Source of the DNA: Eledone cirrhosa
Lineage: Eukaryota
Length of the DNA stretch: 64,000 nucleotides
Direction: 5' to 3'
Assembly: GCA_964016885.1 (NCBI GenBank)
Contig: OZ024765.1
Location: 15,624,001 to 15,688,000, forward strand
Numbering within the stretch: position 1 is the stretch's first letter; every line of letters starts with the position of its first letter. A model generated the notes under the pieces. It saw nothing but the letters and a program-made list of their open reading frames with translations, was not told the origin of the DNA and searched no databases. Positions 29,890-46,789 of this stretch are shown here, piece by piece. The translations under genes were made by a program, and so were the position numbers.

Positions 29890-30102
29890 GGGCGGTGAAT
29901 TGGCAGTATCGGGAGCGGCGGTGAATTGGAAGTATCGGTAGAGGGTCGGACGCCATGCTTTGACGCATAGAGTTACGGCCCTTGCCATTCTGAGTTCAAA
30001 TCGGGCCGAGGTTGACTTTGCCTTTCATCCTTACGGGGTCGATAAAATAAAGTACCAGTAATGTACTGGGTAATTGCTGGCCTTGTGCCAATATTAGAAA
30101 CA
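29890..30102 (+). mobile_element. Full-length SINE with duplicated 5' head and gttattactctaagg target duplication
   Basis: ggcggtgaattgg(c/a)agtatcgg occurs twice; gttattactctaaggacc on both flanks. Confidence 0.9.
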
Positions 30103-30538
30103 GTTATTACTCTAAGGACCTACCCTATTTGAGTGCTTTGCTAACTCATTCATATTGTAGGTCGATTTTACTTGACCACAGCCAAAGCTTCGATTTTACT
30201 AAGCTTCCACTTGTATATCGAAGGTAGAAAGGAACACACGAGTTGATATATATATAAAAACAATTACTAGAAAGGAAAAGGATTTTTTTTGTAGAAAATG
30301 TTGAAGAGATTATTTTAGTGAAATTTTTTTTAATTAAATATATATATATATATACATTAAATATTTATACTCTGCTTTGTATTGAGTACCTTACGTCCTG
30401 TGGTTAACCCGATTGAACCCGGGATAAACTTATATATATATATAAAAAAAAACAATCAATCTGTGGACGCAGAAGAAAATATTTCGAAAAACGGGTTTTA
30501 GTTGTCACTTTTATTATTATTACTATATATATATATAT

Positions 30539-30930
30539 GTCAGGTCACCAGTTGGTGCTACTGGTAACATGTATCCCAGTACAACCTGTCTCATGGTCGG
30601 GTCGTTGACGACTAAACTGGCAACCCCACCAAGGTTTCTTGGTGAGGAGGGTGACTTTGGACATCCTGCAGGACTAAAAACAAAACCTGTCAAAGGGCAA
30701 AGGAGCTCGTAAGAGTCAATGGCCATCCAAAATCACCGGGAGAGATGACCTCTTAGCCTTTGTCAAGGCAGAATTCTAGGAGAAGGAAAACTCTGATATA
30801 ACACCTGCAACCCTGATGGTATCCAATGATGTTGACTTGTTCTTCTTTTTGGTAAATATCATCTTGGTTAAGAGAGTGGGACTGGCTTTGTGCAGTGCCT
30901 TTGCTCACTATAAAAGCTTCACGGCACAGG
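30539..30930 (+). mobile_element. Unclassified interspersed element (copy 2)
   Basis: Homologous to 22492-23080; starts directly after (TA)n. Confidence 0.7.
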
Positions 30931-31140
30931 CATTGCTTTATATCTGGAGATCTCTCTGCACTTGTCGCCAGAGTTTTCAAGTGGCTGGCTGGACTAAAAA
31001 GTCACACTCGTTCAGCGCATCGATAGGGTTTCTCCTACATGGATATAAAGTAGTGGCCGTACCCGAAAACGAGTTGGCAGCCACCATATAATAAGTAAAA
31101 GCGAAGTAGTTTCAGATGTTCAAGTCCTTTAATAATAATG

Positions 31141-31212
31141 CTGTGATATATATTTCAATGACGACACTGGCCACACTGTTCTGTGTGCAAGTGTCGTGAC
31201 ATCATCAGACAG
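31141..31212 (-). ncRNA. Hammerhead motif (family D) with long stem II
   Basis: CUGU CUGAUGA UGUCACGACACUUGCACAC-AGAACA-GUGUGGCCAGUGUCGUCAUU GAAA UAUAUA UC ACAG. Confidence 0.72.
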
Positions 31213-31423
31213 TTTGTTACATAATAAGGTTATGTTTCAGAGGTAATCCAAGTTGAATCGACATGGGAACGGACGAAGTGTGTGCTTTTGGGTTCTTCAT
31301 CCCTTCCCCTGTGAGTACCAACTCCCCACCACCGGTCTGCGCAGGCGCATGTCCGCAGGAAGTTGACCATTAGCTACCGCAGATATCAACGAAATTCGCT
31401 TAGTCAGTTCAAACTCTCAGCCA

Positions 31424-31455
<32 letters not shown>

Positions 31456-31456
<1 letters not shown>

Positions 31457-31540
31457 CGATATTAACAAATGGAAACTATATTTATAAAACCATATTTATT
31501 TCATTATACATATTTCAGGGATAATTTGTCGAGTGCTTTA
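31456..31540. mobile_element. Collapsed family A element (arm start joined to tail)
   Basis: cgatattaacaaatggaaac...catatttcag joined to ttgtcgagtgctttata. Confidence 0.65.
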
Positions 31541-31618
31541 TATATATATATATATATATAATATGTTGAGCACATTATTTACAGGGAATAACGACGGCCT
31601 ATGACTCCGTTAATTTAT

Positions 31619-31729
<111 letters not shown>

Positions 31730-32074
31730 AGAGAGATAGAGAAAGAGTGAGAGACAGAGAGAGAGATGGAACATATTTTTTTGTCAAACATCTTATGTAG
31801 ATGACATCACTTTTTTCCAGTTTTATCATTCTATATTAAATATATTTCATGTTACTTCATTAGTTGTAAGTGTTTACGTCAGAACTGCAGCAGCCATGTT
31901 TATATTAATGTTTGGAAACATGGAGGCCACCATCTTCAGAAGGATAACGATTATTCTGGTGACGTGTTTGACACGTGCTTAGAGGGGGTAGTTATGTATT
32001 GCTGCAATAGTAGGATATAGTGGACACATGACTTTAAATTTCTCAGAGTCCCTCTTACTCTCCCTCTAATTATA

Positions 32075-34000
<1,926 letters not shown>

Positions 34001-34443
34001 AGAAACTGTTTCTGACAGATATCTTTATTAAAATCCGATCTTCTTTTCTGCTGTCGCAAGATACAACGCTGCATGGAATTGTCCGAATTCCTACAGACGT
34101 CGCAGATGTAACATAAGGTCCCTCTTCAATGAAATGCTGTAATAATTGGCGTTGAAGACTGGATTTTGGCGCTCGTTCAAGTTTCTCTATACTCTGTGAA
34201 TTCGCTTACTTAATTTGATGCAAATTGTTCAAAGGATCCTTCAGTCCACACTGTATCACACGTTACATACATACAAATTCATGAACGCCCAAATTGAGAA
34301 ATAAAAAGGAAAAAAATGTCATTAACAGGCTCTTCTTTAGGAAATCAATGCGGTTTGACAACATGGCTGCTATACAACGTAGGTTGAAGTCACGTTGCAG
34401 CGAAGGGTGAAAATGCGTGATTGTGAAGTGTCTAAGTGCGCGG

Positions 34444-37152
34444 TTTGTGAAGAATGAAAACGGATGATATGTATTCATGTTAACGCATGGTAGCGAAGAA
34501 AGAAAGTACATGGTAGCGAAGACAGAAAGCACATGGTAGCGAATACAGAAAGTACATGGTAGCGAAGAAAGAAAGTACATGGTAGCGAATAAAGAAAGCA
34601 CATGGTATGGTAGCGAAGAAAGAAAGCACATGGTAGCGAAGAAAGAAAGCACATGGTAGCGAAGAAAGAAAGTACATGGTAGCGAAGAAAGGAAGCACAT
34701 GGTAGCGAAGAAATAAAGCACATGGTAGCGAAGAAAGAAAGTACATGGTAGCGGAGAAAGAAAGCACATGGTAGCGAAGAAAGAAAGCACATGGTAGCGA
34801 AGAAAGAAAGCACATGGTAGCGAAGAAAGAAAGTACATGGTAGCGAAGAAAGGAAGCATATGGTAGCGAAGAAATAAAGCACATGGTAGCGAAGAAAGAA
34901 AGTACATGGTAGCGGAGAAAGAAAGCACATGGTAGCGAAGAAAGAAAGCACATGGTAGCGAAGAAAGAAAGTACATGGTAGCGAAGAAAGAAAGTACATG
35001 GTAGCGAAGAAAGAAAGCACATGGTAGCGAAGAAAGAAAGCACATGGTAGCGAAGAAAGAAAGTACATGGTAGCGAAAAAAGTACATGGTAGTGAAGAAA
35101 GAAAGTACATGGTAGCGAAGAAAGAAAGTACATGGTAACGAAGAAAGAAAGCACATGGTAGCGAAGAAAGAAAGCACATGGTAGCGAAGAAATTAAATAC
35201 ATGGTAGCGAAGAAAGAAAGTACATGGTAGCGAAGAAAGAAAGCACATGGTAGCGAAGAAAGAAAGTACATGGTAGCGAAGAAAGTACATGGTAGTGAAG
35301 AAAGAAAGTACATGGTAGCGAAGAAAGAAAGTACATGGTAGCGAAAAAAGAAAGCACATGGTAGCGAAGAAAGAAAGTACATGGTAGCGAAGAAAGTACA
35401 TGGTAGTGAAGAAAGAAAGTACATGGTAGCGAAGAAAGAAGTACATGGTAGCGAAGAAAGAAGTACATGGTAGCGAAGAAAGAAAGTACATGGTAGCGAA
35501 GAAAGAAAGCACATGGTAGCGAAGAAAGAAAGCACATAGTAGCCAAGAAAGAAAGTACATGGTAGTGAAGAAAGTACATGGTAGTGAAGAAAGAAAGAAC
35601 ATGGTAGCGAAGAAAGAAAGTACATGGTAGCGAAGAAAGTACATGGTAGTGAAGAAAGAAAGAACATGGTAGCGAAGAAAGAAAGTACATGGTAGCGAAG
35701 AAAGTACATGGTAGTGAAGAAAGAAAGAACATGGTAGCGAAGAAAGAAAGTACATGGTAGCGAAGAAAGAAAGCACATGGTAGCGAAGAAAGAAAGCACA
35801 TGGTAGCGAAGAAAGAAAGTACATAGTAGCGAAGAAAGAAAGTACATGGTAGCGAAGAAAGAAAGTGGATGGTAGCGAAGGAAGAACGAGCATGGTAGCG
35901 AAGAAAGAAAGTACATGGTAGCAAAGAAAGAAAGCACATGGTAGTGAAGAAAGAAAGCACATGGTAGCGAAGAAAGAAAGCACATGGTAGCGAAGAAAGT
36001 ACATGGTAGCGAAGAAAGAAAGTACGTGGTAGCGAAGAAAGAAAGTACATGGTAGCCAAGAAAGAAAACACATGTTAGCGAAGAAAGAAAGTACATGGTA
36101 GCGAAGAAAGAAAGTACATGGTAGCGAAGAAAGTACATGATAGTGAAGAAAGAAAGTACATGGTAGCTAAGAAAGAAAGTACATGGTAGCGAAGAAAAAA
36201 AGCACATGGTAGCGAAGAAAAAAAGCACATGGTAGCGAAGAAAGAAAGTGGATGGTAGCGAAGAAAGAAAGTACATGGTAGCGAAGAAAGAAAGTATATG
36301 GTAGCGGAGAAAGAAAGTACATGGTAGCGAAGAAGCAAAGTACATGGTAGCGAAGAAAGAAAGTACATTTTATCGAAGAAAGAAAGTACATGGTAGCGAA
36401 GAAAGAAAGCACATGGTAGCGAAGAAAAAAAGCACATGGTAGCGAAGAAAGAAAGCACATGGTAGCGAAGAAAGAAAGCACATGGTAGCGAAGAAAAAAA
36501 GCACATGGTAGCGAAGAACGAAAGTACATGGTAGCGAAGAAAGAAAGTACATGGTAGCGAATAAAGAAAGTACATGGTAGCGAAGAAAGAAAGTACGTGG
36601 TAGCGAATGAAGAACGAACATGGTAGCGAAGGAAGAAAGCACATGGTAGCGAAGAAAGAAAGTGGATGGTAGCGAAGACAGAAATCACATGGTAGCGAAG
36701 AAAGAAAGCACATGGTAGCGAAGACAGAAATCACATGGTAGCGAAGAAAGAAAGTACATGGTAGCGAAGAAAGAAAACACATGGTAGCGAAGAAAAAAAG
36801 TACATGGTAGCGAAGAAAAAAAGTACATGGTAGCGAAGAAAGAAAGTACATGGTAGCGAAGAAAAAAAATACATGGTAGCGAAGAAAGAAAGCACGTGGT
36901 AGCGAAGGGTGGTAAGGCATAGCGAACGATTAAAACGCGTGGTAGTGAACGAGGAAAACGCGTGGTTCTAAATGATGAAAGCGCGTTGTAGCGAATGATG
37001 GAATCTTGTGGTAGCTCGCGTTTTCCTCGTTCACTACCACGCGTTTTCAACGTTCGCTACCACACGTTAGCACCCTCCGCTACCATGTGCTTTCTTTCTA
37101 CGCTACCATGCGTTAACATCCATTACTATCATGCGTTTTCATTCTTCACAAA
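34444..37152. mobile_element. Foldback/MITE-like element with long inverted arms
   Basis: tttgtgaagaatgaaaacg...atgttaacgcatggtagcg at left mirrors cgctaccatgcgttaacat...cgttttcattcttcacaaa at right; inner arms 36898-36965 / 37015-37085. Confidence 0.8.
34486..36905. repeat. 23-bp minisatellite catggtagcgaagaaagaaag(t/c)a, ~105 copies
   Basis: Visible; some 19-bp variants. Confidence 0.96.
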
Positions 37153-37327
37153 TGCATATATATATATGTATGTACATATATTCATATATATATGTATGTA
37201 TGTAAATATATTTAAAGGTTAAACAAGGTTCAATGAATAAATCAAAGAATGAGTTTTACAATAGATTGGAAGCACTCAACAGCGGTTTTCAAAATATTAA
37301 CAAAATAGATATTCTTGTGATCAAGTA

Positions 37328-37394
37328 TATTTTATTATACATATTTCAGAAGTACTGAGTTAACTTCAACAGTACGTCCTCATCAGATAAAATA
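37328..37394 (-). ncRNA. Hammerhead motif (family A-related)
   Basis: Mirror of 37446-37512 with one stem II difference. Confidence 0.72.
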
Positions 37395-37445
37395 AGATGA
37401 TGCATGGCATACCCTGACATTTTCAACAGTACGTCCTCATGATCT

Positions 37446-37512
37446 TATTTTATCTGATGAGGACGTACTGTTGAAGTTAACTCAGTACCTCTGAAATATG
37501 TATAATAAAATA
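37446..37512 (+). ncRNA. Hammerhead motif (family A-related)
   Basis: UAUUUUAU CUGAUGA GGACGUACUG-UUGAAGUUAACU-CAGUACCUCU GAAA UAUGUA UA AUAAAAUA. Confidence 0.75.
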
Positions 37513-37560
37513 TACTTGGTCACAAGAATGTCTATTTTGTTAATATTTTGAATTAATATG

Positions 37561-37617
<57 letters not shown>

Positions 37618-37676
37618 ATATATATGTATGTATATATGTATGTATATATATATGTATATATATATTTATATATGTA

Positions 37677-37707
<31 letters not shown>

Positions 37708-37730
37708 ATATGTATGTATATATGTGTATA

Positions 37731-37831
<101 letters not shown>

Positions 37832-37934
37832 TGAGTGAGAGATTCGATCCCAGTACGAGACTTCGAACGGATGAAACGCAAAGTTGACCTCGGCGGGATT
37901 TGAACTGACAGAACAGAGAGACGAAACCAACACC

Positions 37935-39948
37935 TTAATCCTTTAGCATTTAAATTACTCTATATATACTATTATATTTCGGGGTTAAAGGCTTTACCTC
38001 ACATAACATCTCACATAACATTTACATTACTCTATATATACTATTGTATTTTCACAGTAAAGGCTTTACCTCACATAACATCTCACATAACATTCACATT
38101 ACTCTATATATACTATTATATTTCGGGTTAAAGGCTTTACCTCACATAACATCTCACATAACATTCACATTACTCTATATATACTATTATATTTCGGCGT
38201 TAAAGGCTTTACCTCACATAACATCTCACATAACATTCACATTACTCTATATATACTATTATATTTCGGCGTTAAAGGCTTTACCTCACATAACATCTCA
38301 CATAACATTCACATTACTCTATATATACTATTATATTTCGGGGTTAAAGGCTTTACCTCACATAACATCTCACATAACATTCACATTACTCTATATATAC
38401 TATTATATTTCGGCGTTAAAGGCTTTACCTCACATAACATCTCACATAACATTCACATTACTCTATATATACTATTATATTTCGGCGTTAAAGGCTTTAC
38501 CTCACATAACATCTCACATAACATTCACATTACTCTATATATACTATTATATTTCGGCGTTAAAGGCTTTACCTCACATAACATCTCACATAACATTCAC
38601 ATTACTCTATATATACTATTATATTTCGGGGTTAAAGGCTTTACCTCACATAACATCTCACATAACATTCACATTACTCTATATATACTATTATATTTCG
38701 GCGTTAAAGGCTTTACCTCACATAACATCTCACATAACATTCACATTACTCTATATATACTATTATATTTCGGCGTTAAAGGCTTTACCTCACATAACAT
38801 CTCACATAACATTCACATTACTCTATATATACTATTATATTTCGGCGTTAAAGGCTTTACCTCACATAACATCTCACATAACATTCACATTACTCTATAT
38901 ATACTATTATATTTCGGGGTTAAAGGCTTTACCTCACATAACATCTCACATAACATTCACATTACTCTATATATACTATTATATTTCGGCGTTAAAGGCT
39001 TTACCTCACATAACATTCACATTACTCTATGTATACTATTATATTTCGGCGTTAAAGGCTTTACCCCACATAACATCTCACATAACATTCACATTACTCT
39101 ATATATACTATTATATTTCGGCGTTAAAGGCTTTACCCCACATAACATCTCACATAACATTCACATTACTCTATATATACTATTATATTTCGGCGTTAAA
39201 GGCTTTACCCCACATAACATCTCACATAACATTCACATTACTCTATATATACTATTGTATTTCGGGGTTAAAGGCTTTACCCCACATAACATCTCACATA
39301 ACATTCACATTACTCTATATATACTATTATATTTCGGCGTTAAAGGCTTTACCTCACATAACATCTCACATAACATTCACATTACTCTATATATACTATT
39401 ATATTTCGGCGTTAAAGGCTTTACCTCACATAACATCTCACATAACATTCACATTACTCTATATATACTATTATATTTCGGGGTTAAAGGCTTTACCTCA
39501 CATAACATCTCGCATAACATTCACATTACTCTATATATACTATCATATTTCGGCGTTAAAGGCTTTACCTCACATAACATCTCACATAACATTCACATTA
39601 CTCTATATATACTATTATATTTCGGCGTTAAAGGCTTTACCTCACATAACATCTCACATAACATTCACATTACTCTATATATACTATTATATTTCGGCGT
39701 TAAAGGCTTTACCTCACATAACATCTCACATAACATTCACATTACTCTATATATACTATTATATTTCGGGGTTAAAGGCTTTACCTCACATAACATCTCA
39801 CATAATATCGAATCTATGAGATTTTGATATTATTTATTTTGAGAACAATACCTTAAAATCAGTATGAGGAGCCAGTTATAGGCGGTTTGGACAGAAAGAG
39901 GTAAGAGAATGCTGGCCGGATATGGCCGGTTTAAATGCTAAAGGATTA
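37935..39948. mobile_element. piggyBac-type MITE with TTAA target duplication
   Basis: TTAA-tcctttagcatttaaa ... tttaaatgctaaagga-TTAA. Confidence 0.85.
37953..39805. repeat. 72-bp satellite, ~25 copies, inside the MITE
   Basis: 360-bp line periodicity; 24-aa repeat in the 591-aa ORF. Confidence 0.96.
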
Positions 39949-40036
39949 AATCATTCTATCCGACGTTTTAACGGTGCTAACGATTCACATATCTATAAAA
40001 ATTGCAGGAATTATGCCTAAATTCGAACCATTTCAT

Positions 40037-40725
40037 TATCGGTAGAGCGTCGGACGCCATACTTTACAGCTTAGAGTTACGGCCCTTTATGATCCGAGTT
40101 CAAATCCCGCCGAAGTTAACTTTGCATTACATCCTTACAGGGGATCGATAAAATAAAGTACCAGTAATACACTGGGTATTTGCTGGCCTTGTGCCTAACG
40201 TAGAAACGATTATTATTGCAATTGACATGGTCGGAGGCCATGCTTTGCAGCATAGAGTTACGGCCCTTTATGATCCGAGTTCTAATCCCGCCGAGGTTAA
40301 CTTTGCATTACATCCTTACGGGGGTCGATAAAATAAAGTACCAGTAATACACTGGGGTAATTGCTGGCCTTGTGCCTAACGTAGAAACAGTTATTATTGC
40401 AATTGACATGGTCGGACGCCATGCTTTGCAGCATGGAGCTACGGCCCTTTATGATCCGAGTTCTAATCCCGCCGAGGTTAACTTTGCATTACATCCTCAC
40501 GGGGTCGATAAAATAAAGTACCAGTAATACACTGGGATAATTGCTGGCCTTGTGCCAAATGTAGAAACAGTTATTATTCCAATTGGAGGTACGGCCCTTT
40601 ATGATCCGAGTTCAAATCCCGCCGAGGTTAACTTTGCACTACATCTTTACGGGGACGATAAAATAAAGTACCAGTAATACACTGGAGTTATTGCAGGCCT
40701 TGTGTCGGATATAGAAACAATTATT
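40037..40725 (+). repeat. Four head-to-tail, 5'-clipped SINE copies
   Basis: B box, central domain and tail repeated; shared variant ttgcattacatcc and shared linker ttattattgcaattgacatggtcgga. Confidence 0.9.
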
Positions 40726-41014
40726 TCGGGTGACAGTGTACGTGATTTTAGGAAGATCCGTGTGGGGCTTATAAGGGTGAACAAACGCGTACGCGAAAAA
40801 TCCTTGTATTGCCTCTTAGATATCTATGTAGTGTTGTTGATATTGAAAGTGAACACGACTGGTATGGTTTCTTTGAAATAAAAGTCAATATATAGTTGGA
40901 TACGACTTGTTTATATGTGATATCACAAGAAGGAGGCCTAGCGGGGATCTTCATATAGATATATGGAGATGTGGAGACGTAGATACGCAGACAAATGATT
41001 AGATGAATAGATAG

Positions 41015-43165
<2,151 letters not shown>

Positions 43166-43440
43166 CTAAGGCGGGTAAAATTCCCGAGATACATGGACGA
43201 GTTCTCTCCAGCGGTCTCTGTCCCTCATTATCGCTGCAATATCCAGCATCTCCAACAGACCAGTGTCTGTCCTTAGGGCATCAACATATGTTAACCTTGG
43301 TCTTCCTCTTCTAGTGTGTCCATGTAGGGGCTCCCAAAGGAGCACTGAGTGCAATGTCAACTCTGGATGTCGGTGAGCATGTCCAGTCAACCTCAGTCTC
43401 CTCTGTGTCACTTTTGAGCTGACCTTTGGGATGGTCCCAC
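43166..43440 (-). mobile_element. 3' end of an RTE-like LINE ORF, inserted in (TA)n
   Basis: [24 protein letters not shown]...[26 protein letters not shown]...[11 protein letters not shown]: typical RTE C-terminal motifs. Confidence 0.85.
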
Positions 43441-43471
<31 letters not shown>

Positions 43472-43516
43472 TATATATATATACACATATATATATACAC
43501 ATATATATATATATAT

Positions 43517-43594
<78 letters not shown>

Positions 43595-43651
43595 GTACAT
43601 ACATATATGTATACAGACGTACAGTAGTATGTATATATATATATACATACA

Positions 43652-43719
<68 letters not shown>

Positions 43720-43905
43720 TAAGTATGTACACGTACATACATATATGTATGCAGACGTACAGTAGTATGTATATATATATACATACATGCACACATATAT
43801 ATATGACGTATGGATTCACCGAACATTTATTATAATGCTCGGTGTGTTTGTAAACAAACATCCCGTATTAAGCCGTAGTCTCTAGCAACCATCGTTGCTC
43901 GTTTG

Positions 43906-43939
<34 letters not shown>

Positions 43940-44039
43940 TAAACCAGACCCCGTCGCTGAGTGGTTTCGGCTTGTGTTCAGCAAGCCTTTTCATATATAT
44001 ATATACACCCCCCTCTCTCTCATACACACACACGCACAC

Positions 44040-44072
<33 letters not shown>

Positions 44073-44306
44073 TATATATGTGTGTGTGTGTGTGTGTATG
44101 TATATTCCTCTATATATATTTGTACGTTTATATATATATATATATATATATTGTTATACTTTGGGGGGGTCATGTTGCCAATAAGAAACACACGCACCAG
44201 TTGCTTTCACTTCAATTTAATTTATCAAATATTTATAAATTTACAAATTTATAAATTTCTGGTTGGTTGGTTGGTTCCACAACCAGATAGTTGTTTATAT
44301 ATATAT

Positions 44307-44351
44307 AGTCATAGTTCTTTCGTCACACACTCTGTGACCTCTTCAGTGACT
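44307..44351 (-). ncRNA. Hammerhead motif (family E, inverted arm)
   Basis: Mirror of 44463-44507. Confidence 0.62.
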
Positions 44352-44462
44352 GGGGATTTCTTTCTTCGTTTCTGTGCCTTTCCTTTCTTCTATCCTACGC
44401 CATTTTCAAAATGGCGTAGGATAGAAGAAAGGAAAGGCACAGAAACGAAGAAAGAAATCCCC

Positions 44463-44507
44463 AGTCACTGAAGAGGTCACAGAGTGTGTGACGAAAGAAC
44501 TATGACT
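44463..44507 (+). ncRNA. Minimal hammerhead motif (family E)
   Basis: AGUCA CUGAAGA G GUCACA-GAGUG-UGUGAC GAAA GAAC UA UGACU. Confidence 0.65.
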
Positions 44508-44720
44508 ATATATATATAAACAACTATCTGGTTGTGGAACCAACCAACCAACCAGAAATTTATAAATTTGTAAATTTATAAATATTTGATAAATTAAATT
44601 GAAGTGAAAGCAACTGGTGCGTGTGTTTCTTATTGGCAACATGACCCTCCCAAAGTATAACAATATCGGTTTCAACACACGATTTCAGATAAAGAATCTT
44701 GCTAAACAAATTCAGAAACG

Positions 44721-44770
<50 letters not shown>

Positions 44771-45247
44771 AAATGAAATAATTCCGTCGGAAAGGTCCAG
44801 GAAAAAAGAGTGATCTATGTAGGTAACAGAGCTTAATAGTTATGTAATAAACATATTTCCATATTTGTGCATGCGTATGTATGCGTGTATATATGTGTGT
44901 ATGTATGTGTATGTATGTACGTGTGTATATATGTATGATTGTGTGTATGTATGTATGTGTATATATGTGTGTATGTATATGTATGTATATATATATATAT
45001 ATATATGTGTGTACATATATGTATATGTGCGTATGTATGTATATATATGTTTGTATATATATATATATATGCATGTATATGTGTGTGTGTGTGTGTATGC
45101 ATGTTTGTGTATTTTTATGTATGTGTATGTATGGATATGTTGATAATTATGTGTGTATGTATGTATGTGTATATGTATGTGTATGTATATATATATACAC
45201 ACATACATATATGTGTGTGTGCATATGTGTGTGTGTATGTATATGTG

Positions 45248-45294
<47 letters not shown>

Positions 45295-45504
45295 ATGTAT
45301 ATAATTGTGTGTGTGCGTGTGCATGTGTGTTTATTTTTCCTTTCCTTCTTCCTTTTCCAGCCTCACTTTCATATAGATTATATATTTTTGTTTTTAAAAT
45401 ATAATGCCAATAAATACACCAGGATTTATTCATTTTGATGATTGAAAGCAACATTTGTTTGCTTTTAAGAAACCACTGGTAAATGAAATAATTGCCTTAT
45501 GTTG

Positions 45505-45888
45505 TTTATTACATAACTATATATATATATATATATATATTCCTCGCCAGATGCGCCTTATACAGGGACTAAACCATATTTGCCGTGTATTATTTGCTTC
45601 AGCTTGATCATGCATTAATCCCGCTTTGTCTGTGTTTGGCTTGTATTGATGTGGTGCCTGTCTATGTGCAAGTTTAGCACCCCTGGTCCACGTAATTCCG
45701 TTTATTACATAACTATATATATATATATATATATATATTCCTCGCCAGATGCGCCTTATACAGGGACTAAACCATATTCCATGCTTCAGCTTGATCATGC
45801 ATTAATCCCGCTTTGTCTGTGTTTGGCTTGTATTGATGTGGTGCCTGTCTATGTGGAAGTTTAGCACCCCTGGTCCACGTAATTCCGT
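45505..45888. repeat. Direct duplication, two ~190-bp copies each containing a (TA)n tract
   Basis: tttattacataac(ta)n ttcctcgccagatgcgcc...ccacgtaattccgt occurs twice. Confidence 0.88.
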
Positions 45889-46374
45889 AACCTACTAGTA
45901 TACCCTGATTATGTATACTATTGGGAGGAATAAAATCCCCTTTGGACTTGCTGAATATACCTTAGATATCTCTTAGTATTTCTACAACTCTAAGTTATGG
46001 GAAATTAAATCACCTGTTCTATATAGGCACCAATGCATAACTCCCTCCGGCTTTTGTGTGCTTTAATTTTTTGATTATTTTTTAAAGTTATTTATTTATC
46101 CTTTTGTATTATTATTTTTCTTTTACTTTATTATTATTATATTTTTTAACTATCGTTAAATGCTTTATTTGTTTCTGTGTGCCCTCATGTGCCTCCGCCT
46201 CTTGTGAGAAAATCTGCCTATATCCTCATATGAAGCTGTAATGTTGAATAACAACGCCATTACGCATTCTCTCCAAGCTTTCCATTTCTGATCTCCCTCT
46301 TATTATCCTCTATTGTATATCTAATGTTCGTGTGACTAAGCTTGGTAGAGCTTATACTCAGCATTATATGTTTG

Positions 46375-46434
46375 TTTATAAAGCTCTGATGATTCCTGCC
46401 CCATGGTATGGATGAAACATTGTCAGCAAATAAA
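46375..46434 (+). ncRNA. Hammerhead motif (family F)
   Basis: GCU CUGAUGA UUCCUGCC-CCAU-GGUAUGGAU GAAA CAUUG UC AGC, with a UUUAU/AUAAA stem I extension. Confidence 0.6.
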
Positions 46435-46789
46435 AATTGTATGAGTATGTAGGCGTTCTTTGATATCTTTTACATATAACGGCTCTGTACTTGTACATTG
46501 AGCTAATACAATACTATCACAAATACGACACGGTGAAGGTGCGTTTATGCACATACGCTTCGTTGTCTACGTAAATGTATATATATATATATGTATATAC
46601 ATGTTTGCTAGGCGTATACTTATCTAACTCTAACCCCATCAAAACCGTGGTAGACAAAACACTTTAAATTTACTTACATAAGTGATGGTGGTTCGCAAAT
46701 CTACCTGAGCATCTTTGTAAAGATGGGACTCTCCTCTCGATAATGGCGAATCGGGGTCTAGATGTTTGATCAACTGACGAACTTTAGTT

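Larger units (their letters stand above)
37214..37552 (-). mobile_element. Family A-related asymmetric palindrome with tail on the left
   Basis: 37289-37398 mirrors 37442-37552; tail contains aagcactcaac (reverse complement of family A gttgagtgctt). Confidence 0.82.
37841..39990 (-). mobile_element. Older SINE copy split by the piggyBac-type MITE (parts 37841-37934 and 39950-39990)
   Basis: gcaaagttgacctcggcgggatttgaact on the left, head-like cattctatccgacgttttaacg on the right. Confidence 0.6.
44148..44723 (+). mobile_element. Family E near-perfect palindrome (259-bp arms, centre 44407) plus ~57-bp tail
   Basis: 44148-44406 mirrors 44408-44666 with about one mismatch. Confidence 0.88.

Noticed and set aside
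34263-37050. Overlapping 170-620-aa minus-strand ORFs
   Set aside because: Translations of the 23-bp minisatellite.
38044-39819. 591-aa ORF
   Set aside because: Stop-free frame of a 72-bp satellite inside a MITE; no domain-like sequence.
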